In this document: one piece after another, positions 19,324-28,767 of the stretch
How the letters are laid out: each line of letters starts with the position of its first letter
Position numbering within the stretch: position 1 is the stretch's first letter
Source of the DNA: a virus
Length of the DNA: 64,000 nt
Strand: one strand, 5' to 3'
IMG/VR virus record: IMGVR_UViG_3300044960_000113
Coordinates: 96,001 to 160,000 of that record
The notes under the pieces: generated by a model
Databases searched by the model: none
Told to the model about the DNA's origin: nothing
The model's input: the letters and a program-made list of their open reading frames with translations, nothing else
Translations under genes and position numbers: made by a program

Positions 19324-19758
19324 TTATAACATCCTTCCAAAAGTTATGTGAAATGGATAGTTACCAATAAATCCTAATTCTTTTCTTATTTCTTCTAATT
19401 TTTTAGATCTAACTGGTAATACCCAAAATTTCCAATGTTGCTCAACATTTACAGAATATTCAAAATCTATCTTTTGTCTATCATATTTTTTCCAAAATTT
19501 TCTAAATTCTGGTTTAACGGCTTTTCTACCATCTAAAATTGTAATATGTGGTTTCCATGCAGTTGGTTGTAGTCTTAAACCAAATCTTTTAAATACTAAA
19601 TATCTATAAAATGCTGCTAGACCATAATCAACTTCACAAATTAACCACCATTCTTCTTCTCGTCGTGTCTTTTTAATTTCTGGGCGTTTAGGATTATAAA
19701 TCATCATTCCTTTATATTTTACCCAAGTCATAACAATTCTCCTATATGGTGCCCCCAA
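19324..19758 (-). CDS. 2H phosphoesterase superfamily protein
   Basis: Two HxT motifs: KPHITI and PFHITF. Confidence 0.6.
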   Translation of the reverse strand: MGAPYRRIVMTWVKYKGMMIYNPKRPEIKKTRREEEWWLICEVDYGLAAFYRYLVFKRFGLRLQPTAWKPHITILDGRKAVKPEFRKFWKKYDRQKIDFEYSVNVEQHWKFWVLPVRSKKLEEIRKELGFIGNYPFHITFGRML

Positions 19759-19821
19759 CTAGAATTGCACTAGTAACTGCGGGTTACGAATCCGCTATTA
19801 TGCTAATTTAACTATAAGGGC
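19747..19821 (-). tRNA. tRNA-Thr(CGT), T-loop TGCAATT
   Basis: GCCCTTA/TGGGGGC acceptor, loop TTCGTAA, CCA end. Confidence 0.7.
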
Positions 19822-19914
19822 ATAATTTTAAAGTGAAATTATACAATATTTATAACTAAAAATAAATAGAAATGGGGTAACCAGGTTACCCCAATATTTT
19901 GATATAAGATCTTC

Positions 19915-21375
19915 TTAAACAGTAATAGCTTTATATCTATCACTATTAAGAACTTCTAACATCATTTCATATGCATCTAATATTTTTCCAGACATTAAAT
20001 TTTTGAAAATGCTTGGGCTACAACCCGAAACGTTTAAGAATCCACGATCATCCATACACATTGGAAATTGTTTGTTTCTTGATGCAACGTTCCAAAATAC
20101 TAGAAGTGGCATTTCATAACCTTTTTCATCCCATTCTTTTTTGATAACATTAAACAATGTATCGCTATTATTATAAGCACAAGCATCAAATTCCATATCT
20201 GAAATAACATAAATCTTTTTAATCATATCTTCAGATTTAATGTTGTTTTTAATTGCAACATTAAGAATAGTATCAAATACTTTCTTAATGTCGGTATTCA
20301 TATCCCATTTTGCACGAGATAAATTTTGGTATTTTTCATAAATATCACGACCCTTAACTTCCTGAAGTTGTGGATTCAATGAAAATGTTAAAAACTTATT
20401 ATGGAATGGTCCAGTGTTTCGTTCTGCTGTATAAATACCAAGAGAAATAGAAACATGCAATGGTAAACCTGACATTGAACCTGAAACGTCACACACACAA
20501 ATACTATTCTCGCCCTTAGCAATATAGTCAGGTTGATTGTTCCACATAGTGTCAAGAGTTTTACGCTCTGATTCAGTAATCATGATATTTGAACAATTAC
20601 GAACAATTTCATATGGGAATTGAGTCGATGCGTTAATTTTTGTTTCACCATTATTGACTTTATTTAAATATTCAATATAACGAACATTATCATGTCTAAT
20701 GAATGCTTTACGATATTTAAGATTTGCTTGTGATGGAACATGTTCATAAACAACTTTATCCCATTGATTAGATGATAAAGTACGTTCTAACACATCAATT
20801 TTTTTACGAAGTAATGAAAGACCACGACGATATGTTTTTGGTGAAATTCCAAAAGCTTCACGAGTTTTACGTGCAAGTTCTCTCGATTTTGGTGATGATG
20901 TGTTTTCTGATTTTAACCATTTAGCTAAAATAGATGGTTTATCACTTTCTAAATCTTTGATAAATTGTTCACGCATCAATTTTAATGCGTCACTTTCAAC
21001 ACTAGTACCAACTAACGCATATAAGTCATCCCATCTTCCATATTCTGGAATAAGATGAAGATTTCTACGAACTGTGTGTGGAGCAATATTAGCTAGATCG
21101 CGTAAAAACACTCTAAATGTTTCACGCTCACCTTGTCCACCACGAACATCGCGGAAATAAAATAAGGTTTTGACTGTTAGTAATGGATCTTCATTATAAG
21201 CATCTAAGAAAAGATCGTGTGCATTTTCAGCACCTCTTCCGGTTCTAAGTGCACCAGCTTGGCTAAATAAATCTAAAACTCGTGAATTTGTAGATTTATT
21301 TGAAATTGCACCATTTTCTGTGAATGCAGTTTTATTGAAATGATTTTCTAAAGCTTGAGCGATTGTGACTGTCAT
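19915..21375 (-). CDS. DUF2828-family (TROVE-like/vWA) protein
   Basis: FTENGA, RDVRGGQGER, EYGRWDDL, LAKWL, HVPS, VCDVSGSM, VISDMEFD, VFWNV; start placed at the ATG after GGAGG (track start 21387). Confidence 0.85.
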   Translation of the reverse strand: MTVTIAQALENHFNKTAFTENGAISNKSTNSRVLDLFSQAGALRTGRGAENAHDLFLDAYNEDPLLTVKTLFYFRDVRGGQGERETFRVFLRDLANIAPHTVRRNLHLIPEYGRWDDLYALVGTSVESDALKLMREQFIKDLESDKPSILAKWLKSENTSSPKSRELARKTREAFGISPKTYRRGLSLLRKKIDVLERTLSSNQWDKVVYEHVPSQANLKYRKAFIRHDNVRYIEYLNKVNNGETKINASTQFPYEIVRNCSNIMITESERKTLDTMWNNQPDYIAKGENSICVCDVSGSMSGLPLHVSISLGIYTAERNTGPFHNKFLTFSLNPQLQEVKGRDIYEKYQNLSRAKWDMNTDIKKVFDTILNVAIKNNIKSEDMIKKIYVISDMEFDACAYNNSDTLFNVIKKEWDEKGYEMPLLVFWNVASRNKQFPMCMDDRGFLNVSGCSPSIFKNLMSGKILDAYEMMLEVLNSDRYKAITV

Positions 21376-21385
21376 AATGACCTCC

Positions 21386-21493
21386 AAGACATATTGTTTA
21401 AATAAAAAATTTTGCTGTTAATGTCTTTTTTGAGAAGAATTAACTAGACACATTTTAAGGTTATCATCCTCAAATAGTTGCTGTTAGTGTCTA
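21386..21493 (-). ncRNA. Two tandem AGACA(C/T)-WWACAGCAA hairpin motifs
   Basis: 21386-21427 and 21445-21493: stem AGACAY/RTGTCT with conserved unpaired ACAGCAA; third copy at 22162-22267. Confidence 0.65.
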
Positions 21494-21502
21494 TATTTTT
21501 AT

Positions 21503-21531
21503 ATTATATATAAAGAAGTTTTTAAAGTAAA
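21503..21531 (-). promoter_or_regulatory. Sigma70-like early promoter
   Basis: TTTACT-17 nt-TATAAT. Confidence 0.7.
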
Positions 21532-21552
21532 AGGTTAAAATATCCTAAATGT

Positions 21553-21738
21553 TTATTCTTCTTCGTCTTTAATTTTGATAGATTTTTTCTTACTTTCCTG
21601 TTCAGCAACTGCCATACCAATAATTAGACGCTTAATTTCACCACGTCGATGTGGGTCAATAATATTATCAAAATAACATTTGTAATGACCTGGAAGACGA
21701 AAGTTTGGCCCGGTAATTTTTTTACGTGGTTCTGACAT
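21553..21738 (-). CDS. Hypothetical protein
   Basis: ORF with GGAG RBS. Confidence 0.55.
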   Translation of the reverse strand: MSEPRKKITGPNFRLPGHYKCYFDNIIDPHRRGEIKRLIIGMAVAEQESKKKSIKIKDEEE

Positions 21739-21978
21739 TAATTTTCTCCTGCTTATTAAAATTTTATGAAAATATTTTTAAATTTTAATTAATTTATTGA
21801 GAAAATTTTCTCTATAAAATCTATTTTGTAATTGTGAAAAGATATTTCTATTTTCTTTTGATAATAAGAGAAAACTAATATTGCGAAGACGATTAAATTC
21901 ATCTTTTAAAGCTAATTCATCCTCTTTAATGTTTTGTCGATTAATTAACATTATCTCTCAATATTTATAAAGTGAAAA

Positions 21979-22052
21979 TGGTTGCGATCGCCGGTTCTGC
22001 CCACGGCTCTCGTGGTTATGAGCCACGCGTGACACTAGTTCACTTCCTCGCA
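21979..22052 (-). tRNA. tRNA-Met(CAT), degenerate, T-loop GGCAGAA
   Basis: CGTGG CTCATAA CCACG arm; imperfect acceptor and T stems; CCA. Confidence 0.6.
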
Positions 22053-22056
22053 ATTT

Positions 22057-22151
22057 TGGTAGTCCCCCACGGTTACGATCCGTGCCGTTCCAGCCAATCT
22101 AGCCGGTCTCGCGAGTTTATAAGACTCGCCCGCTCACCAGAGCTGAGGACT
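22057..22151 (-). tRNA. tRNA-Ile(TAT) with long variable arm, T-loop ATCGTAA
   Basis: AGTCCTC/GGGGACT acceptor, GCGAGT CTTATAA ACTCGC, ~25-nt variable region, CCA. Confidence 0.75.
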
Positions 22152-22161
22152 ATCTTTTAAC

Positions 22162-22267
22162 AAGACACAAAACCGAAGGATCGGTTCCACTCCTCTCGTT
22201 ATAATCTACGATCGCCGAGATTGTCCAAACGGACACTCCATTATAAAAAATTTGCTGTATGTGTCTT
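22162..22267 (-). ncRNA. ACAGCAA-motif RNA with multi-branched (cloverleaf-like) insert
   Basis: AAGACACA/TGTGTCTT closing stem, ACAGCAA, three internal hairpins. Confidence 0.6.
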
Positions 22268-22281
22268 TTTATTATTTATTA

Positions 22282-22310
22282 ATTATATATCAAATTTTAA
22301 TAAAAGTAAA
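22282..22310 (-). promoter_or_regulatory. Sigma70-like early promoter
   Basis: TTTACT-17 nt-TATAAT. Confidence 0.7.
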
Positions 22311-22407
22311 CAAAAATATCCTAAAAATTAAATATTTTGTTATATGAATTTTTATTTAAAATTATATATTAAATTTTATCAAAAATAAACAAAAATATCC
22401 TAATTTT

Positions 22408-23253
22408 TTAATCTAATAAAAACGTAGATAAATTAACATTCGGGTTCCACCATTCCGGTAAAAATCTTTTTGCTGGAACACCATTATCTAAAGAATCAAA
22501 AAAATCATTTATATATTGTTTAAGTTCATCACTATTTATTATGAGTGATTCATGGTCAAAATTTTGTTTTTGAAATAATGCGTGTTTAATATTTTCATTT
22601 GGATTGAACATATCCCTTGCTAAAATTTCAAAATCATTTATTGATTGTTCAATATTATCTTCATAACTTAAATTTAAAATTGTTCTATCTTGAAGATGTA
22701 ATTTTAATATATCAAAAATAACAATTCGTTGTAAACACCCATTAACTAAAATTCTATCATCTGGTAAAAACATAAAATTTTTATTTTTATTATTATTATT
22801 TTCTTCTAAAGATAGCGACCATTTTTTAGTTTTAAATCCAACAAGATATGAAGCAACTGATTTAAATATATTTTTACGATTCAAAAAAATAAATTGGTTG
22901 TTTTCATTTTTTAATAAACGTTTTGCAAAATCTGGGCATCTCATAATAAAATCACCGAAAAATTTTAACATAAAAGGTCTTCCAGGTAAATTATTTAACA
23001 ATTTTTCTCTTCTTAAAAATTCTTTATATTTATCTTCATATGTTTTTAAAAGTTTATACATTTTACCATCATGGTGATTTATACATATTGGTATATGTGT
23101 TTTTTGATCTTCTATAACTTCAGTGCCTAAATTTAAAAATTCAAATAAACTTATATAATTTGGTAAATTTTGTTTAATTATTTGATATGTAACAGTTGAT
23201 CCTGATCTAGGATAACAAACTAAAATAATATTTTTATTTTTATCAAACTCCAT
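22408..23253 (-). CDS. Sulfotransferase-like protein
   Basis: 5'-PSB loop YPRSGST, FIFLNRKN..SVASY, LSYED. Confidence 0.65.
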   Translation of the reverse strand: MEFDKNKNIILVCYPRSGSTVTYQIIKQNLPNYISLFEFLNLGTEVIEDQKTHIPICINHHDGKMYKLLKTYEDKYKEFLRREKLLNNLPGRPFMLKFFGDFIMRCPDFAKRLLKNENNQFIFLNRKNIFKSVASYLVGFKTKKWSLSLEENNNNKNKNFMFLPDDRILVNGCLQRIVIFDILKLHLQDRTILNLSYEDNIEQSINDFEILARDMFNPNENIKHALFQKQNFDHESLIINSDELKQYINDFFDSLDNGVPAKRFLPEWWNPNVNLSTFLLD

Positions 23254-23262
23254 AATTATTTC

Positions 23263-23886
23263 CTATTGCCCCATAATTGGTATTTTATTTAATTTTTTAA
23301 ATGCCCATTTTCTTTCAGAACAAAACCAACATTTATCACAATAACCAACAGTTTGTTCTGTACAAGAATGTGTATATTCTAATAAATATTCTACATTTTC
23401 TCTATAATATATATCAATAATATGATATTTAAAAATATCAATAAATGGTCTAGATATTTTATTTGGCAAAATGTTTCCTTTAATTCTAATAGGTCCGGAA
23501 AAATTTGTATCAAGATTTTCTAATGGTATTGAATTACCAGCTAAAAAAATAAAATCAACTATATTAGATTTAATAATTTTTTCTATTGTTAATGGTACTA
23601 TTTTATAATGGGGTGTTGATTTATCAATATCAATAGCTTCATGTTTTAAATTATTTAATCCCATTTTATCTAATACTCTATTGCTATTGATGATATTGTC
23701 ACCAATAACTTTGTTTATTGTAAATACTGTTAATGGATAATTTGGGAAATATTTTGTTAAGAGATGAAGTAATATTGTACTATCAGTACCACCACTGTGT
23801 AAAATTCCAATAGATTTTATATTATTTGGAATCTCTAATGTTATAGTTCGTTCATCATTGATTGGTCCACACTTTAATTCTATCAT
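23263..23886 (-). CDS. QueC-like PP-loop ATPase
   Basis: LHSGGTDS, RPF, THSC..YCDKCWFCSERKWAF. Confidence 0.7.
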   Translation of the reverse strand: MIELKCGPINDERTITLEIPNNIKSIGILHSGGTDSTILLHLLTKYFPNYPLTVFTINKVIGDNIINSNRVLDKMGLNNLKHEAIDIDKSTPHYKIVPLTIEKIIKSNIVDFIFLAGNSIPLENLDTNFSGPIRIKGNILPNKISRPFIDIFKYHIIDIYYRENVEYLLEYTHSCTEQTVGYCDKCWFCSERKWAFKKLNKIPIMGQ

Positions 23887-23942
23887 TTTTATTTAAATAT
23901 TTAAAATTTTATTTATATTATATATAGAAAATACATTTTATT

Positions 23943-24015
23943 TGGAGCGGGAGAAGGGATTCGAACCCTCTTCATCAGCTTGGAAGGCTGAGTCCTCTCC
24001 CAGGAGAACTCCCGC
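23943..24015 (-). tRNA. tRNA-Gly(TCC)
   Basis: TCAGC CTTCCAA GCTGA, TTCGAAT, U73, CCA. Confidence 0.9.
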
Positions 24016-24024
24016 ATATATAGT

Positions 24025-24100
24025 TGGAGCGGCTAAGGAGATTCGAACTCCCGACATCTTGCTTGGCAAGCAAGTGCTCTACCAACTGAGCTATAGCCGC
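24025..24100 (-). tRNA. tRNA-Gly(GCC)
   Basis: Canonical cloverleaf, CTTGC TTGCCAA GCAAG. Confidence 0.95.
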
Positions 24101-24112
24101 ATATTTTATTTT

Positions 24113-24188
24113 TGGTGGATGTGACAGGACTCGAACCCGCTACCCCCTGCGTGCAAAGCAGGTGCTCTCCCAGCTGAGCTACACACCC
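24113..24188 (-). tRNA. tRNA-Ala(TGC)
   Basis: G3-U70, loop TTTGCAC. Confidence 0.95.
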
Positions 24189-24290
24189 ATAATACTTAAT
24201 TACTCCATTTGGATGTCGTAACGACATCCATAAAGTTGCTAAGAATTTTTAATTATTTGATATTATTTATAAAAAAATATAGTATAATTA

Positions 24291-24476
24291 TTATATCCAA
24301 TTTACTATATTTTTATAACTAGTTATAAATTTATCATTTAGTAAAGTTTTACATTCAATAAAATTATCATCTAACCAATTTTCAACATAGGCAAAAATAA
24401 TTTTATTATTAATTTCAACTTTTACTAATCCAGTTTTAAATGCATGTTCCATTAATTTAATGTCACCTTTTTCCAA
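24291..24476 (-). CDS. Hypothetical protein
   Basis: ORF track. Confidence 0.45.
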   Translation of the reverse strand: MEKGDIKLMEHAFKTGLVKVEINNKIIFAYVENWLDDNFIECKTLLNDKFITSYKNIVNWI

Positions 24477-24652
24477 ACGTCAAAAGCTTTATAAAATTCT
24501 TGATCATTATTAAATTCAATTTTAACAACATCATCATTATGTGTTAAATAATCGTTAATATTCCAAATATCCCAATCATAAATTCCTTCAGAATTAAGAA
24601 GGTTTTGAAATCTATTAAAATATTCCTTTTTAATAACAAGGCCATATGCCAT
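24452..24652 (-). CDS. Hypothetical protein
   Basis: ORF with RBS. Confidence 0.5.
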   Translation of the reverse strand: MAYGLVIKKEYFNRFQNLLNSEGIYDWDIWNINDYLTHNDDVVKIEFNNDQEFYKAFDVWKKVTLN

Positions 24653-24730
24653 TTTATTTATCTCCTTTTATTATTTCCAAATAATTTTTATTTGTTATTC
24701 ATCATATAATTTCTTTAGTTTATATTTATT

Positions 24731-25076
24731 TGGTGCCACCACCCGGAGTCGAACCGGGATGACCTAATTAGTCGACGGATTTTAAGCGGTTTTTTCCTAA
24801 CGTTTCCATTAGGCCCGGACTATCTCTTCACCTTTCATTTCTGTTAAGGTGATGGGCGTTCTAAGCTGGTTATTAAGAGGACTCAGAATCATTTTAAATA
24901 AGACTCTACCTCTCCAGTAGTCTCTACACCTTCAAATGATGTATCATTTGCTTGGCTCGCGATCGCCATTTTTAACAGGCTCTCCCGAATTAACCCATTG
25001 TTCACTTTGATATTTCTATCAAAGGCGGACTAGGTCGTTACCTTTCCGTTGCGTCTACCAATTCCGCCATGGTGGC
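24731..25076 (-). tRNA. tRNA-Leu(TAA) interrupted by a group I intron
   Basis: 5' exon 25045-25076 (GCCACCA..ACGGA) and 3' exon 24731-24786 (CTTAAAA TCCGT, V-arm, T-arm, CCA) join to a perfect type II tRNA-Leu. Confidence 0.9.
24787..25044 (-). ncRNA. Group I intron (258 nt, no ORF)
   Basis: P/Q/R/S core: AATTCGGGAGAGCC, GGCGATCGCGAGCCAAGC, GAAGGTGTAGAGACTA, GAAGAGATAGTCC; terminal G. Confidence 0.9.
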
Positions 25077-25161
25077 ATATGTATATATTATAAAAATTTT
25101 AAAGAACTATTAATTATAACTTTGTATTTATATTTTATTAAATATAATAATTAATTTCTTT

Positions 25162-25470
25162 CTAATGAATTACTTGTTGATTACTATATAACGTTAATAC
25201 TTCTTCCCAAAATTCTTTCATTTCGGGATTTTTTTCTATTGCTGTTAATAATAGAGGAATCCAATCTACAATTTCATCACTATATGAAATAATTAAATCT
25301 TTAATATGTGTTAAATCTGTCATCTCAAAAAGAATAATTTCTATCTGATCACCATTAATATCATTAATGAAACCTGTAACAATATCACTATCATCATTTT
25401 CAAATACAAGTTGTGCTGGTTTAATACCGTCTGGATCTTCTGCCTTAATTGTATATCGTTGTGTAATCAT
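25162..25470 (-). CDS. Hypothetical acidic protein
   Basis: ORF track. Confidence 0.55.
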   Translation of the reverse strand: MITQRYTIKAEDPDGIKPAQLVFENDDSDIVTGFINDINGDQIEIILFEMTDLTHIKDLIISYSDEIVDWIPLLLTAIEKNPEMKEFWEEVLTLYSNQQVIH

Positions 25471-25494
25471 AATTATTTTTTAAAAATAAAACAA

Positions 25495-25701
25495 TTAATT
25501 AAATTCTTTATTAATATAATAATGTAACAATTTATCTTTAATCATTTCTGGAATACAAGAATATCCTTCTTCTAAATAAAATCGCGGTGAATCACCCCAT
25601 GCTCTATTTCTCAAAAAATTGGCAAATGCTAATCTATGACCTTGATTTTCGACATCAAATTGAATTTCAGGACGTGTTTTAAGAATATAAACTCTTTTCA
25701 T
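25495..25701 (-). CDS. Hypothetical protein
   Basis: ORF track. Confidence 0.55.
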   Translation of the reverse strand: MKRVYILKTRPEIQFDVENQGHRLAFANFLRNRAWGDSPRFYLEEGYSCIPEMIKDKLLHYYINKEFN

Positions 25702-25890
25702 TATGCAGTCCTTTCATAACTAAAGAACGTTCAAAATATTTCTTTTCTTGTTGAATATAATCTTTTTCTATTTTTGTATCTTTATTATTAATTATTAGTA
25801 CACATCCACTTAATAATAATGAAAATAATAAAAATAAAAAAATATTTCGAATAAACATTTTATTTATCTAAATTTTAAATTAATGTTGAA

Positions 25891-25919
25891 ATTATATATC
25901 AAATATTAAAAAATGTAAA
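25891..25919 (-). promoter_or_regulatory. Sigma70-like early promoter
   Basis: TTTACA-17 nt-TATAAT. Confidence 0.65.
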
Positions 25920-25925
25920 TAAATC

Positions 25926-26741
25926 CTAGGAAATATTTAAAATTTCATTAGTATAACCAACTCTATACCATTTCATTTTATAATTTTTATTAATACTGTC
26001 TTTAGTATTATACATTATATCTCCAATATCAAGAAAAAGATTAGGATGTTTTGACCAAAAATTTTTAGAATAACCTTTATATGCTATTTTTAATAATCTA
26101 GCCGGTTTATCATTCATATCTCTATATAATTTTATCAACGCATCATAAATTTTATTAGGATAAAAATCTAAAAATTGTGTAGTTATTCTAGATTGAACAT
26201 CAATAATATTTCCATTAATTGTATTAAATGACATTGCACCATAATATGAACGATATACCTTTCTCTCAACAAAGTTTATTATTGATGGAAAGTTTTTTAT
26301 AGACAAGTTTGGCAATGTTTCCCACATCATAAATCTACCATCTTCATTTAAAGTTGCTTTTACACTTGCTGACCATAAAATTTCATTATTTAAAATTAGT
26401 GTATCTGTTCTAATATAATCTCCATTAAAATGAGAGAACCAAAAATATCCAGGTTTAAATTTTACATCATCTATAGATTTCCATATATCACAATCAAAAT
26501 AATCACAATCAATATTGTAAATAGGACGACTAAAAACAGGAAATGTTTGGGGAACAATTCCATGTGGAGCACATAAATATCCTAATGATTCACAAATATA
26601 AAGTCTGTTAAATAACCAATGTTGTTGTTGAAAATGATGATATACATCCAAATCATATAATGGAATTATAGTATTTGGTATTGATTTTTGATAATTTACA
26701 AACTTATTTAGTTCCCATTTACCAGGTGTTAAAAACGGCAT
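25926..26741 (-). CDS. ATP-grasp-like phage protein (tentative)
   Basis: HWLFNRL..LGYLCAPHG..PVFSRPIYN, FNTINGNIIDV pattern. Confidence 0.45.
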   Translation of the reverse strand: MPFLTPGKWELNKFVNYQKSIPNTIIPLYDLDVYHHFQQQHWLFNRLYICESLGYLCAPHGIVPQTFPVFSRPIYNIDCDYFDCDIWKSIDDVKFKPGYFWFSHFNGDYIRTDTLILNNEILWSASVKATLNEDGRFMMWETLPNLSIKNFPSIINFVERKVYRSYYGAMSFNTINGNIIDVQSRITTQFLDFYPNKIYDALIKLYRDMNDKPARLLKIAYKGYSKNFWSKHPNLFLDIGDIMYNTKDSINKNYKMKWYRVGYTNEILNIS

Positions 26742-26781
26742 GTTTATAAAATTTTAATATCATTATATTATAATGATATAT

Positions 26782-27978
26782 TTATAACATGCAATTTTTT
26801 AATAATATAAATCCATTCCTACCACCGAATCCAAATGAATTTTTGAGAGCATATCTAATCTGTTTTTCTTTAGGTTTATGCATTACGAAATCTAGGTTAG
26901 CGTCTAATGGGTCGTTTAAGTTCATCGTATGTGGGATTAATGAATGTTTCATAGCCATAATAGTATATATTAATTCAACAATGTTTGATGAATGAATACA
27001 ATGTCCTATATGTCCTTTATTACTACTTATTGATACACCTGGAAAATATTTTTCCATTAAACTAGCTTCTATATCATCACCAACTGGAGTAGATGTTGCA
27101 TGTGCATTTATATAATCTATTTGTCCATTAAAATTTTTCAAACATCTTTCTAAAGCAATTCTTGAACTTTTCATTTCTTTATCTGGTGCTGTTAAATTAT
27201 TTCCATCATTTTGAAAACCTAAACCAATAATTTCTGCATAAATTTTAGCATTTCTTTTTTCAGCATGTTCTAATGTTTCTATAATTAAACATGCATGTCC
27301 ATTAGCAATCATAAAACCATCTCTATTTTTATCAAATGGTCTAGATATTTCTTTTTTAGATAATGCACCTAAATTTTCAAACCATGTAATATCTAAATAG
27401 TTACAACCATTACTTGATGTTCCAACTATAGTACATTGAAGATTATTTTCACTCATTATCTTCAAAGCATAATCTATACTATAAAAACCCGTTGAACATG
27501 CAGCAGATAATGTTAAAGACTGACCTGTTAAATTATATCTAGTTTGTATACAATTTGAAATAAAATCTGAACTATAATTTAATGCTATGAAAGGATTTAA
27601 TCGCCCAAAGGTATTATTAATATAATCTAAATAATCTAATGCTATATTTCTTGTAGAAGAACTAAAAACAACTGGAACTTCTTTACCGTGAATATTTATG
27701 TTTGCATCTTTAATAGCATGTTCAACAACACCTAAAGCAATTTTAGAATTATTAGTTAATCTTCTTAACTCTTTTTCAGTATATCCATATTTTGTTAAAT
27801 CTGGAACTATTTGTTTTTCTAAAAAACAGAATTTTGTTTTTATGTTTTTATTTTTTAATGAGTCTATATTAGACGTGGATGTTAAGTTTTGATTATTTGT
27901 AATAATATTATTAAAACATTCACTGGGATCAGATCCTAATGAATCATGGATACCAATACCTGTTATTACAAATCTCAT
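26782..27978 (-). CDS. fabF: Beta-ketoacyl-ACP synthase (FabF/FabB-like)
   Basis: SAACSTG, SRPFDKNRDGF, YINAHATST..GD, KGHIGH, NSFGFGG. Confidence 0.9.
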   Translation of the reverse strand: MRFVITGIGIHDSLGSDPSECFNNIITNNQNLTSTSNIDSLKNKNIKTKFCFLEKQIVPDLTKYGYTEKELRRLTNNSKIALGVVEHAIKDANINIHGKEVPVVFSSSTRNIALDYLDYINNTFGRLNPFIALNYSSDFISNCIQTRYNLTGQSLTLSAACSTGFYSIDYALKIMSENNLQCTIVGTSSNGCNYLDITWFENLGALSKKEISRPFDKNRDGFMIANGHACLIIETLEHAEKRNAKIYAEIIGLGFQNDGNNLTAPDKEMKSSRIALERCLKNFNGQIDYINAHATSTPVGDDIEASLMEKYFPGVSISSNKGHIGHCIHSSNIVELIYTIMAMKHSLIPHTMNLNDPLDANLDFVMHKPKEKQIRYALKNSFGFGGRNGFILLKNCML

Positions 27979-27983
27979 TATTT

Positions 27984-28298
27984 TTAAACAGTTTCTGTCG
28001 TTACATAAGTAGTAATATTATGTTGTGCAGTATAAGTATCAATAGCATTTTGTAAATCATTAATTAATGTTTGATTTTGACTTAAAAATTCATTTCTATA
28101 TGACTCATCAGCCCAAATATAAGTAATAGTTGATGTTACATCATCAATGTGATTAGTTTCAACACCTATAAATTTATCTGGTGGTAATTGATTTAATAAA
28201 GAAATCAAATTATTATGTAAATTTGAAATTGTATCACTATTTATTAAACCTGGATCTGTTGGTGATTGTCTTATGATTGTTCTAGTAACTTTAAACAT
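27984..28298 (-). CDS. Hypothetical protein
   Basis: ORF with GGAG RBS. Confidence 0.55.
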   Translation of the reverse strand: MFKVTRTIIRQSPTDPGLINSDTISNLHNNLISLLNQLPPDKFIGVETNHIDDVTSTITYIWADESYRNEFLSQNQTLINDLQNAIDTYTAQHNITTYVTTETV

Positions 28299-28352
28299 AG
28301 TATTTCTCCTTTAAATAAAATAATGTAATAAAATATTTCTACTGTATATTTA

Positions 28353-28754
28353 TTATTTATAATTAAATGTTGACCATAAATCTTTATCTGTTTGTTTTGG
28401 TAATTCTTTTTTATTTGCTTTTGCTAATATCAATAATGCATTAAATACATCCTTAGGAAATCCATTTCTATTTCCTCTATCATCAATAATTAATTTATTA
28501 AAATATGAATCTAATTCAATACTACCCCACGTAAGTTCAATTTTTTCAAAAATACGAGGATATTTATCCTTAATTAAATCAGCGGCATTAAATACTTCTT
28601 CTAAATCATTAGGTGGTTTTTTAAATAATGTCACTGGTTCAATAGGTGTTTCATCAGATGGAATAATTTCTGGAAATTCAGAAGTTGGTATTACCTCATT
28701 ACCCCAAATAAACTCACCCTTTTTTTCAAATATCATATTATTATAGATCTCCAA
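28353..28754 (-). CDS. Hypothetical protein with a host-derived-looking domain
   Basis: YPRI..WGS..YF..L..DDRG.R.GFP motif I associate with betaproteobacterial hypotheticals. Confidence 0.55.
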   Translation of the reverse strand: MEIYNNMIFEKKGEFIWGNEVIPTSEFPEIIPSDETPIEPVTLFKKPPNDLEEVFNAADLIKDKYPRIFEKIELTWGSIELDSYFNKLIIDDRGNRNGFPKDVFNALLILAKANKKELPKQTDKDLWSTFNYK

Positions 28755-28767
28755 TTATATATTATTA

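Noticed and set aside
23942-24227. ORF-track ORFs overlapping tRNA clusters (also 21972-22160, 35925-36354, 39740-40588, 41829-42044, 45103-45760, 28927-29109)
   Set aside because: They are chance frames through GC-richer tRNA or ncRNA genes; no RBS or protein motifs
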